This document shows positions 51,901 through 63,940 of a stretch of 64,000 nt of DNA, one piece after another. The notes under the pieces are model-generated. The model made no database searches and was not told where the DNA came from. It was given only the letters and a program-made list of their open reading frames with translations. The stretch comes from Selaginella moellendorffii (lineage: Eukaryota > Plantae > Lycopodiophyta). A program made the position numbers and the translations under genes. Position 1 is the first letter of the stretch. Each line of letters opens with the position of its first letter. The stretch covers positions 277,098-341,097 of the forward strand of contig NW_003314264.1 of NCBI RefSeq assembly GCF_000143415.4. Direction: 5' to 3'.

Positions 51901-54900
51901 GACCACTTGGAGGAGTCTCATTCACAACCTCCATAAGTCCAATTCAGGACTTGGGACTTGCTAGCCCCGAGAATGGCATCCATGCCACTCAACAATTGCA
52001 CTTGGTCCAAGTGCTCCACGTGTCTGATCCCATGACCGACACTCAAAGGTACCACCGACATGGCATCTTGTTACGCTAAGGCCATGCCCAATCACCTACG
52101 TGTCTGATCCCATGACCGACACTCAAAGGTACCACCGACATGGCATCTTGTTACGCTAAGGCCATGCCCAATCACCTTTGCCACACTGGTAGTCCAATAC
52201 CACATGCATCCCAGTCTTTGGCTCTCCAAGACTAGGCAAACCATTCGTGAGTGGTCAGCTCAGATCCACTCCTTAGCATCCTTAGGATGCCCACCGACAA
52301 GGGGAATAGCCTTCCCCAATATCCCTCTATCAGCCCCCACTAAGTCCCTTTCTGCCCCTGGCCGTGTTTGCCAACACTACCACTGGTTCGAGGCCCACAG
52401 GCCTGACCACTAAGTCCCACGGTCCTCTGGGACTTCCTTACCACACGACTGTGTCCTTGGTCACTACCCCAGAGGACTACTCCTCTTCCTTTCCACAGTC
52501 TGGGCCTTTGGGACAACATTTCGGAACACCGTGGCCTTACGCGAGCCACCTGGGTACTCTCCCCGCCTTTCACCTTTAGGTGCTTTAGCCATGGGCTTAG
52601 AGTGAGGTTCCGTTGAGCCACACCTAGTATCCAAGTAGGTAGTGCCACCCACACTTGGACTGGGAGCATCGGCCAGTCGATCTCCCGGGGGAACTAGAGC
52701 CGGCTCTTGAACACTTCACCAAGCTACCCCGCTTGTCGGTCCATGTTCACTCTAGTCTTGGACTTCCCAGTGGTCAGCTCATCACCCAACACTGGGTCTG
52801 GCCTTCCTGGGCCAAACTGGCCTTTCCTGGCCAAACCGGCCTTTCCTGGCCAAACTGGCTCCACTGCAGTCCTCTCCCTTACTATACTTTTGGAGCTCAC
52901 CAAACCCCCCAGGGTCTGGGAGACAAACGCTTTGGGCTTTCACCCTCTTGAGCTCACCAAACCCCCCAGGGTCTGGGAGACAAACGCTTTGGGCTTTCAC
53001 CCTCTTAGACTCGAACTCGGACTCGGACTCAGACTCGGACTCGGACTCGGACTCGGCCTCCGCCTCGGTCTCGGTCCCGGTCTCGGTCTCGGTCTTGGTC
53101 CGCATCTCGGTCTCGACCTCGGACTTCATCTCGGGTCCTTCTCAGACTCCATCTCGGGTCCATCTCGGACTCCATCTCAGAGTCCGTCTCGGTCCATCTC
53201 GGGCTCCATCTCGGGTCCATCTCGGACTCCATCTCGGGTCCATCTCAGACTCCATCTCGGATTCCGTCTCGGTCCATCTCGGACTCCATCTCGGACTCCA
53301 TGTCGGACTCCACTTCGGACTCCATCTCGGACTCCATCTCGGACTCCACCTCGGACTCCATCTCGGACTCTGTCTCGGTCCATCTCGGACTCCATCTCGG
53401 ACTCCACTTCGGACTCCACCTCGGACACTCCCACGTGTCATGTGTTGTTCCTTTTTGGGTCCCTTTTTGGAGCCTCGCTTATTGCTCGCTTCGTGCTTGT
53501 TCCTCGAGCACTTTGTTGGGAGTTCCACTCCCGCTCTCAACCTTTCAAATCGGAGCTTTTAGTCCAAACGTGTTACGCTCGTTTGGCTTTCGCTTCGGCC
53601 ACTACCACGTGGCACCCTTCCGACTCCACTTTGGGGCCTAGGGATTTTGTGTCTCACAACTCCACCACCCATAGACGAAGTTCGATGTCCTCATCGAACG
53701 GTAAACCATTCTATAAAGTAACACCCACATGTGTTACTATTTCCACCCTTGGCACCTAGCCAATATTTGTCAATGGTTTGACATTGAAAGCCCACCATGC
53801 CTTCTCCATATTCGTCAATGGTTTGACACCAAAGGCTCACCATGCCTTGCCCATCCTCTAAGGAGGATAGTCTCTCCAACTTAGAGACTCACTTGACCAC
53901 CTAGGGTGGGTTGCTCCTTTTTATTGGTTCAGTTCTCGCTAAACCCGTTAAAGACACCCTCTCTAACTCAATTCCACTACTCATTCTTGAGTAGTCACAA
54001 ATTCCATTGATCTACCTTTGCACTTTGGAACGTTTACTTTTGACTTTTTGAAGTCAATTTCCTAGGTGTCTCTGACACCTTGCTTTGCACATTTTGTGCA
54101 ACTCCACTTCCCCTCCTAGGAAGTTCTCTATTCGAGGGCACCCTCATCCTCTTTTTTATTTTTGTGCCACCATTGGCATTACATTCCATTTATCATTATT
54201 TGTGCTAGGGCTGTCCACGGCCCTATCTTTTGGCTCCTTAGTTGCTCCCTCACTTGGAGCCTTTCTTTTGCCAAATTGGAGCACTTGGGAATCCATCCTT
54301 GGAAGTTCACTTCTTTTTCCGCAATCCGTTAGCATCAAACACATTAGTGTTCCTTGGCTAACTTTGCTACTTGGATTCTTTCCAATGGATTCCACGGCCC
54401 TATCTTGGGCACTTGTTTTTTGCTCCTATCCTTGGATTGTTGCACCAAGCAACATAAGATCATTACCTCCCTCATGGAGGTATTCTTTTGGTTCCATAGC
54501 GAAGGATCTGCTTTGCCCAAACTAGGGTGTTCACCCCTAGTAAGTCTCCCCAACTGTTCTAGGCTCTCTTCCTAGCCCAACCTTGTGACCCACCCATGGG
54601 CCTGTCTCTGGAGACTATTTTCTTGAACTCATAATACCATTGTATTGTAGTAGTTCATTTCCCTTAGGTGTCCTTCCCACTTAGTCACCTTGACCAAGCC
54701 ACACCTTTATCAATAGTTCAAATCAACACTTTGAACTAGGAATCATATCCCTTAACCCAAATAAAGACCTTGTCCTTGTTTAGCCACAAGATCACCTAGT
54801 GATCTCATCTTGACCCCTTAATAGGTCTAGCAATAGGAACTAGGTCTTCCAGACCCTTCTAAGTTATTGATTATGACCCCGGGGGCATCCCCCACACTTG

Positions 54901-57900
54901 GCGGTGCGCCCAAGCCAGCCCTTCCGGCCAAGGATCCATAGCAACTGAGACTGGGTGTCCCCATCTCATTCACCACGTCCTTGGTGCCCTTTGCACCAAA
55001 GTGTTCAAGTTAGATATGCCGAGCTTTCACTCTAAGCAATCTAACCGTGCATCACGACTCCGAGGCATCCCTCGCTTGGTGGTGTGCCCAAACCAGTCTC
55101 CAAACTAAGAGTCCATGACCACCGAAAAATGAGTGTCCTCATATTCCAAACCATCACCACACCCTAGTGAGTTGGGACTCGAACCCAAGCACTAGAGGGT
55201 TGGAACTCGAACCCAACCTCCGTATATGCATCTACGGACGGCATCACCCAAGATGCTTGGCGTGACTCCCCACGCCGGTGCACCAACTTATACTCAAAGC
55301 GCGCTATAAATCACAGCTTAGGAACCTAGTTCTTCCACACTGCCAAGTCCTCTTACTTGACAAGTCTGTGATCATGCATGGACTCCTCCATGCTTGGCCC
55401 CATGGCCCACCCTTTTTGAAGTTATCACCTTCAACTAGGGTATTTGTTCCCCTGACTTGCCAATCTCGCTTTGGCAAGTCCTCCGACCATTATAACATGG
55501 TTCCTGCACAAGCGTGAAAGCCCTTGATCATCGACTTTTGTTCAAAGCCCTTTCTTTGAACACTCGGGAACTACTTCCCTAACCTTGATAGCCTTGCCTC
55601 ATGGCAAGCTTCAAGACCACGCTTCTGCTGCGCCACTCTGATTTCGCGCATTCTTTGAACCATTTATGCTTGGCCTTTCTAGGTACTAAGCTACCTAGAA
55701 TCATCTTTGGGAACCTTGAAGGAACTCTGTTCCTTAGCTTGCTAAGGCCTCCCTTTTTGCAAGCTTTCCAATTACCATATAGTCTAACATGGACAATTCC
55801 ATATTTTAGACTCTTCATGGCATCACGGTTGCGAGTGGCAACACCCTCGAGCCCCCACTTGATTCTCCACTCCCAACTGGCATAACCAACCTTGGTTATG
55901 CCCTTTGATTCCTATGGTTTGGTTTTACCCCCATACTTCTTGCTTTTGGCTTCACACCTTTCCTTCGGTCATTCTCCTCCAGACCAAGAGGATAGCTTTG
56001 CACTTTCTATCATGCCTTAGCAAGTATTCTTAGGGATGAACCTACCCGATAGCTTAGGGAGTGGTTCCTCAATCCAGGTGTGCTCACCCTATAATCCCAC
56101 ACACCGAGATTACGTTGTTGCTTATGGGCCTTTACATGCCCATCGCTAGCCTTGCCAAAATTCCATTTTTGGCTTTGTTCAATTCAAGTAGACAGTTTTC
56201 TCCTATCTCCGCCACCTTGGACATTTGGATAGCACCTTCTATCCATCATTCACTAGGGACTTAGCCCCTTGGGCCTTATCTATTGCCCTCGCGACATCAA
56301 ACACCACCTCCTGGTGTTCTAGAGTGTTCGGGTTTCCCAATGACGGCTTCCTTGACAATGAGTATTTCCTTTCATGACATTAACTTACTATATCGCAACA
56401 TAAGCAACTTATCCCCCATAAGGGTATATCCAATTTCCTTATGCCATTAAGAAGGCTTGGGTAGCTACCTTCTACCTGTTTAACCAATTATTTTGCACCT
56501 TTTGCTTAGTTGCCTCATAGTTGTCAAGTCCTACAACTCATTGCTGGTGCTTCCACACCTCCATCATTATCTGGGTCACCACACTCCAACTGCATGCTCT
56601 GCAGCTTAGGCTATGCCATTCCCATTTCCATTGGGATTCCTTTGGCAAGGGGTTCTTATGAGCCCACCAACATAGCCTCAAGGTATCACACCTTGGCACA
56701 TTTGGTGTCTCCACACCATCGGCTCCACGAGCCTACCTCTATGACACTTCTTCTTTGTGTCTAAGTCTTTGCCAAGACCAATACCACTCTTTTTTATGCC
56801 AACCATCCATTAGCACTGCACTATAGAAGTCACACACAACTTTGTTTCAAAGTTGTTTTCTTTTTGGGAACACCCTTCCCATAACTTTAGCATGGCACAT
56901 TTTGCTATCGATGAGATACCCTTTGTTCTCATCCTTGGATCCTATGATCCCCCCCATCCTTCGTGGGGTACCACACACTTTAGTCCAAACGCTTCCATCA
57001 GTCCTTTAGGACCATTTCTTGACTCTACTTGAGTCATCCAGCAGTTTTGGACTTGGTTAATCCACAGACCTGTAAGGTCCTACTTGTCGGGCACTAGCTC
57101 ACTGGAATACACTTCTGGCATTCATGTCCTCACTTACAATGACTATTTTCACAAGTGTTACTCTGACACTTGATTTTGTTCTCTGGGGCAACCTTTGCCC
57201 CTTAGGACTACTTGTCCATGTGATGAGAATACCAACTCATCTCTAAGTACACCCCCCAACTCCTTGGGTTGTTCCAGCATTTATTAAAGGTAGCCCCGGC
57301 TACCATTTCAAGGACTTGAGTCCTCTTCCGTATTTGACCTTCCACAGTCATTACTTTTGGTCTCACATTCATGAGTACCAACCTAAACTATATGAGGATA
57401 ATCTTGTGACTCCTTTATTGCTTTGGAGTCTTTATCTTTCCCGTGATCCTAACTATAATTCTTTATCACAACTACGTTAGCCCGTTTGTTGCGTCAAACA
57501 CTCATTTGGATCACATCCTCAGCTTTCTAAGGAAATCTTATAAGCTCTATTTCGTTAAAGTGGGAATTGTCATTATCCCACTTGTAAAATAAGGTTTCCA
57601 AACCTTTATATAGTATATAAATATAACAAAATTCAACTGCATTGAGGCACATGCCATTTTATTTTAAACAAGGAAATGTCTACTCAATCACTTCTCCTCC
57701 CCCTGCCACTGCTTCACCTCTCTCTTCTCCTTGTCATCGTCGTCCAATTTCTTTCCATCCTTTTAATATTGGCTCAGTTGCTCCGAGTCTAGGTGGAGCC
57801 CAATTCCCCATTCAATCTTTACTTTCCCATTATTAATAAAACAACTTCGTAGACTTCCAATAACATGCTGTAACACTTCTAGTATAATGCAAATCCTCTC

Positions 57901-57927
57901 AAAGAATTGTCTTTTAATATTAATACA

Positions 57928-60900
57928 ATTGCATGGAACACCATGCCATAATAAGTTACATTTTTAAATAAATACATGCCATCTCAGACTGTTATTTTTT
58001 GCCTCCAACGCCTATACAATAATCTTGGAATTTCATCACTCTCCACACTATCAGGATTTAAACCCAATAGTAATGCCATCTCTTCTCTAATACGTCCACG
58101 CTCATGTTCAGTGGTCGAAGAACCCATCCGGTTTAGCAGATTATGGAGATGCGGATAGTGCTTGGCTAGACAATATACATGCCATAAATGATGACTGGTG
58201 TCTGTCCGATCAAATGGCTTCTGATATACCGTTCCATCTGCCATTTGGTTGATTTCTGCAGCCACCTCCTGGACTGGCCGGTTCTCTATCACCATCGCTC
58301 CAAGCCGTTTTGCAAGGTCCCCCAGAACATACGGTTTCTTCTCCCTAGTTTCCATACTGCAAGAGATGGGGTGCACTGCATATGTGTGCGTGTTCGCTGC
58401 AGTTTTAATCGGCGAGTCATCGATGATGAGGATTTCACTTGAGCTAGCAGTCCGGTTCATCACTACAGCCTCTGGCTTGACGAAGATGGGCTTGCTACCC
58501 CTCACATGGACCATAGTCAAGCAATCCTCCTGCGTTAGGAGAAAGTCAAATGGTAATATTACTCGCGTCTGATCGTGCATCATCTGTAGCAACGTTAATG
58601 CATTGTGGCGCATCATGGATGTCCAAACTCCCAATTGCAAATTGAACCCGGCCCTCTGTTTTAAGTGTCGCATGGTCATTATTAGATCCCGCAGTTTCTC
58701 CCGTGTGATTAATGTGAATCTGTCTCTTTTGACCAACTTGCGACCGCAGGCTTTGGAGGGTGCAATGACATTCGAGGACGAGCCACGCTCATGGGAGAAA
58801 AGGACACCGTTCAGATCAAAAACGATACAGTACCTTCGCCGTGACTCTGAAATGAAATGCGTCAGCATAAAAAATGGTACAAGTCAATTTTACCATCTAC
58901 AATATTAGCGAATGTTGCTCCCGATGGTCGTTGAGAGGGTTTTGGTCGAGGAAACGTGAAGGGCGGAAATACTCTCCTCTGCAATGTGGGGTCAATCGCA
59001 TCCGATGGCGTGTGGGCACATGCCATTTCAGCTGTAGACTCTGGTACAACTGGCTCAACAGTGGCATGGGGTGGTTCCGATGGCGTGTGATCACACGCCA
59101 TTTCAGCTGGTGCCTCCGTTGGCAAAGTGGACATGACCGAACAAGCAGCAGGGGCGGTGTAGGGAGGTTCCAACGGCGCGTAGTCAGACGATTGGGCACA
59201 CGTTGAGTCCATTGGAAATGAGGATACGACCGGCTCGGCGGCTGGGGCGGCCTCATGTGGGTCCAATGGCGCCTGGTCACCGTCAGTTGGATACGTGGAC
59301 AAGATTGACTCAGTGGTATGGGCAGCATCAAGTGGAGCGTGGTCAGCTTGCTTGGCGTTGATATGGATAGTAGCCTCCACCAGCTCTGATGACTCTTGCA
59401 GCCAAGTAGAGTCCACTGGCGGATCCATATGCATGTCCAAATATCTCCCTTCGATTGAGATGGTATCCTCCCGTGCTACTAAAAACAAACTCATTAGCAC
59501 ATTGAATCGACTATACTGTATTTACCATCAACTGCTATTGAGGAACTAGGACCGATATCACTTGAGCGCACTGCTGATTCTGAAGGATTGGACATACGTT
59601 TCGACCCTTGCTTGGCACTATCCTTCCTCGACACTAAAGGCTAGAGTTTGTAAATTCAACTGAATAATCTCTACTTACCATTTGCTCTGCGACCTACATG
59701 GACAATGTTAGAAATGGTAAAAGGTTAGGAATGGATGTATTATTATTTACCTGATGGTTTGTCTTGTATGACCTTCCTCCGCCGCTCTTTGGCCACCTCA
59801 GGCTGGCCATCGTCGTCATCATCGTCGTCGTCGTTATTGTGATCGTCACCATTGTGAGGACCATCCAAGTCCTCTTCGTCCTCCTCTTCTTTGTCCTCCT
59901 CTTCATCCTTCTGCTCTTCTTGCTCATTATCTTTCTCTGGCTCCTCATCCCCCTCCTGCATTTCTTCCATAGGCTGCTCAGGCTGGATGGCTTGTTCTTC
60001 CAGGACCATCTTGGGAAAATCATCTGGCCGAGTCTCCATCTCAAAATACAAGACATCCATAGCTTGTTTTAGTGCGTGACCTAGGACCGTATCCTCACCC
60101 GACTGTCTTAACATGGTTTCTGCACGTTCTTGCACCCTTCGAAGACGACGAGATGAGAAAAACGTGGCCCTGCCTTGAAAAGCTTCCCTCATCCATTGTA
60201 CCTCTCCATTGAGATTGGGGAAGGGGAGTCCGCCATAGGAATCTGAGTCATGAGGTGGTGACTGCCTGCTTTCACTCAGCCCTTGATCTGCAATGAATGG
60301 CATGAGCACACACGCCATAACCGCGAGGCATTACCTATCATCTTTTCGTTGCCCTTCTTCCTTTTCGAATCAAACGCCTCTGATCTCGACGACTGTCCAA
60401 CGTGCTTTCGCTTTTTATGACCACTGTCAGTTTGAGCTTGGCTGGTGCTTGCCTGTTTTGCCTTTGAAGAAGTTTCTCCTGCAAGGAATGGCATGAGACC
60501 ACACGCCATTGCAAATATAATTTGTACCTCCTTTTTTCCTATTGCTTTTCTGTTTGTCCTTCTTCGATGCGCCACCAGTGCGCTTTTCAGTCCTCGTGTC
60601 TAAATATTCACAACGATCTATAATCAAAATGGCGTGAGGCCTCACGTGACCTTACCTTGTGCAGGTTGTGAGCTCGGCCCAACATGGGTATCTTCAAAAG
60701 TAGCTGTTAACGCCGTTTCAGCATCTGGGGGTGGCCACGCTCCTGCATACAGAGCTTGTGAGATAACATTTAAACTTAAAGTGTGTACTCACCAGGTTCG
60801 CAGAGAAGATACTGTTTTTCTTTGGCAACTGTAATTATATGCTCCATTGAAGTCATCTCTTCAATGGAGTTTGTCACCGCAACACAAGGGACACCCTTGA

Positions 60901-63563
60901 GTAGTGCGGCTCGAAAGAATAGTCCGCCGCAGTTGTACTCGACAACGCATTTGCCCTTGGAGTCGGAAGCAGATGACCCACCCGCTATTGCGTTGAAGAC
61001 CCAGCTGAGCATTTCCCATGCTGCACCTGGAGCTTTCTTTGGATTCGAAAGCTCCATAGCCATCTTCAGTTCCTCAGGCACGGGTAAATTGACCTCCCTC
61101 AGATCAATTCGATTGGCCTTGTCGAACGAAGCTGGGAAGTCACTCCAGTCCCACTCTGCTGCAGGACCAATAACAAGGGCGAGTGTGAAGATGCGGACAT
61201 TCGTCGGTATCTTCTTCTTAGCCATTATCCCATGGATCTCCCGCATCTCCTTGCCTTTCAACTGAGCCTTCACCTCGTTCAAGGCCTTCCAGAACTTGTG
61301 ATAGGATTCGGAGTCGTAGATCATATAGTGGACTGAAGATTCCACCTCCGCAAGTCCCACCATTAAGTCAATGATGGAGCTGACTTCGTAAGCATGAGTG
61401 ATCTCCTCGTTTGTGAAGTCCATCACACAAAAGATGTTCTTGACCTGCTCATCTCCGCGGGAAACGATGCTCCTCAACCTTTGATCCTCATCCGAATTCA
61501 GGTTTAACCGGTAAGGGTCTCGATAGGCCTCTGCTGCGGGGTCGAGCTGTTCCTGAAGCCGGCGTTCGAACTCAATCTTTATGCAATTTGGATACTGATC
61601 CAACTTCTCAGTTTAACTTATCGTGGCATCCCGCAGCAGATCGATGAACTTGGGGGCCCCCTTCACGTACTCGTCGATGTCTTCATTTGACAACTCCAGC
61701 GCTTCCATCATCTCTTGCGTGGTGTCGATGCTCACCCTCTCCACGGCCACTTGCTCGAAGATCCAATCCTTCAATAGCGCACGAGCTCTCAGAGTCGTGC
61801 ACAAGTCCTCGTATGTCACAATATGGCCGGGAGTCATTTTGGTCTTGTTGAAGACAACCTCACCACGTAGAAGAGCATTAGCCACTGTCAGAAGGTCGTC
61901 GTCGTCTAGAGACCGCGAGAAACGCAAGGCGTTGAGCTTCAAATCATTGGGCTTCCGGCCGTCCTCCACACCCATTGAGTTTGGCAACTCCCCGTCATGG
62001 TACCTCCTCAGCACATCTACCCATTTGTCAAAAACAACTTTTGTCGCGAGTAGAATGTTATGGATGCTGAGTGTGTCATTGACCCCCAGTGTTTTCGAGA
62101 GAAGACTCGAGAATTCCTGCAATGGAAATGGCGTGAGGCCACATGCTATGCCACATGCAACGAGGCTTACCTGCCAGGCGCTAGTTGCTAGTGCACGTCC
62201 TTGTCCTGGTTTTTGTGGCTTCTTCAGTTGAACCCAGAGCTTCCGTGTTCGTGCCAATGTCTCGTGCAGACCCGATTTGTAGCACGTTTCTTGCTTGACA
62301 TTCTGCGCGTGGGAGATGTATATGATAGATCGGAGGGGCGAGTTGCCTTTTATCAGGCGGACAACTCTTGTCTTGAAGACTTTCTTCACCTCCTCGCCCA
62401 CCATAATATCCACAACTATCTCTTGCATCGCCAAGCTAGAATGCTGCCCGGAGACGGCATAGAACCGGATGTTCTGATCGTCCAACACCTTCCTATTGAT
62501 CAAGTCTGGAAACCTCGTCTCGCCCTTCATTGTTTGGTAGTAGGGGATCACGTCTGCGATGTCGGGTGTTACTGGACTTGCCAGCATCTTCTGCTTCAGT
62601 TTCTCCACCCACTCATCAGATACTAGCCTGTGGTTGTATTTGCTTTGGATGTCGATACGGCTCACGTCGATTGTATATACATTGTTGGAATAGTAACAAG
62701 TACTATTATCTGCGACGATTTTTGCTGCCTCTTCTTGCTCTTTCTGCTCTTTGCGGCTCTTCTTTTTGGTGGGTGTAGTGTTCGAACCCGAGGCAATGGC
62801 ATCACTGAGTAGCTTCTTTTTTGGAGTAGGAGAGTCGGACGTCGGCTTGAGCTTGACCACCCTTTTCTGCTTTGAGGTAGTTTCCAGATCGACCCCCTTC
62901 CCCTTTGCTTCGCGAACTGGAGTCACTCTCAACGGCTCAATGTTGGAATATAGTTTTTGAACATCGCCGTAGGTGAGGTCCGTGGATTCCATGTGATCTT
63001 CATAGACCCGCAGCGTCTTTGAAATTGTGGGCCTCCTGGACAACCTCTCCCTAGCTCCCTCTAGGAATTCCTCATAGCCGCTGCCCCCCTCCGGGAAGCC
63101 GCTAGGATGTGCAAGGTGGATCTTGAAGGCAGACGCTGTCTCTACCACAAGTGCCAGTCCATATTCTTGCATGGAACTGCATGGAGTGTCTGTCACTTGG
63201 ATGAGGATCCCCATGCATTCTTTTCTCCCACCATCTGTGTTGTACAGCCTCAGATCCTCGCCTTCTATCCCGAAAGTCCAACTGGTGAGCTCCTCCCCCT
63301 TCTCTGCATCCACATTGACAGTGGCTGGAAGAAGAACGCAATTCCTCGCCTGTTCAGAAATGCACAACAATTAGAGCTGACAGATGAAAAGCTAGTAGCT
63401 GGAAATAACGTGAGGCCACACGCCATTCACCACTGCATCAGATGTCTTGAGGCTGCATCCTAAGATGGCGTGAGGCTACACGCCATCTGTAACCGGACTG
63501 CACTCGAGAGCCCAATCGGTGCATGCCAATGTTGCTACTGAATGGCATGTGGCCTCATGCCAT
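57928..63563. repeat. Dispersed 22-bp palindrome ATGGCRTG-N6-CAYGCCAT (at least 10 copies)
   Basis: Copies start at 57928, 59005, 59080 (perfect ATGGCGTGTGATCACACGCCAT), 60297, 60488, 60629, 62128, 63405, 63465 and 63542. Half-sites near 57648 and 57974. Confidence 0.9.
57984..63370 (-). pseudogene. Single multi-exon ~1,600-aa gene: ParB/Srx-like domain, degenerate amino-MTase-like region, acidic and Pro/Ala linker, FCP1/NIF-type HAD domain; one in-frame TAA at 61613-61615; true start probably further upstream (~63591)
   Basis: Introns at ~62117-62170, 60743-60792, 60600-60655, 60479-60527, 60288-60334, 59694-59750, 59634-59678, 59479-59525 and 58847-58894 all keep frame when checked by hand. 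Motifs: HRLVSDEWVEKLKQKM..YAVSGQHSSLA; CVVEYNCGGLFFRAALLKG; IVFDLNGVL..VWTS..VK..IIDDSPIK. Confidence 0.72.
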
Positions 63564-63793
63564 TTTCTACTTGGCCTAAAAGACTTACCATTTGAAGCCG
63601 AATGGAGGCGTGACAACCGGACTCGCTGGCGAATGTGCACTGTGTGTGCAGCGGATTGTAGCAGCAAGGCTACTCTGCCACTTACAGTTGGAGAGTGGCG
63701 CTGAAATCTCCCGGGACGCCAAGTGGGCTGCGTGTGGGTGGCGGAGTGGGCGGCGGAGTTGGCGGCGAAGTTACAAACTGGGTGTGTCTTGAA

Positions 63794-63940
63794 GTGGACG
63801 CCGATGCACACGAGCGCGATGCGAGCGCGAGTGGACGCCGATGCACACGAGAAACCTGTAGAGAAGTGGGAGCGCGAGTGGGAGCGCGATGCGAGCGCGA
63901 GTGGGAGCGCGATGCGAGCGACGAGTGTGCGAGCGCGATA
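63794..63940. repeat. CG-rich short tandem repeats (GAGCGCGAGTGG / GAGCGCGATGC; GTGGACGCCGATGCACACGAG x2)
   Basis: Directly visible, upstream of the ParB-like gene. Confidence 0.8.

Larger units (their letters stand above)
38255..57541 (-). mobile_element. Tandem non-autonomous LTR retrotransposon (LARD-like): LTR 38255-39985, internal 39986-41549 + 49309-51850, shared LTR 51851-53658, second internal 53659-~57541 (truncated)
   Basis: TG...CA LTRs. Reverse-complement PPT ACTCCACCACCCAT follows 39985 and 53658. Reverse-complement tRNA-iMet PBS GCTTTGATACCA at 51836-51847. The two internal copies are near-identical with no long ORF. Confidence 0.92.

Noticed and set aside
38979-53759. Many 200-376 aa ORFs (SDSDSD, RTPSRTPS, LGLHLG, MESEMESE) on both strands
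   Set aside because: They arise from the stop-poor LTR minisatellite, are open in nearly all frames, and shift frame between LTR copies.
57984-63370. Bacterial or phage contamination as the source of the ParB-like gene
   Set aside because: The gene has multiple frame-preserving spliceosomal introns of host-typical size and adjoins host retroelement sequence.
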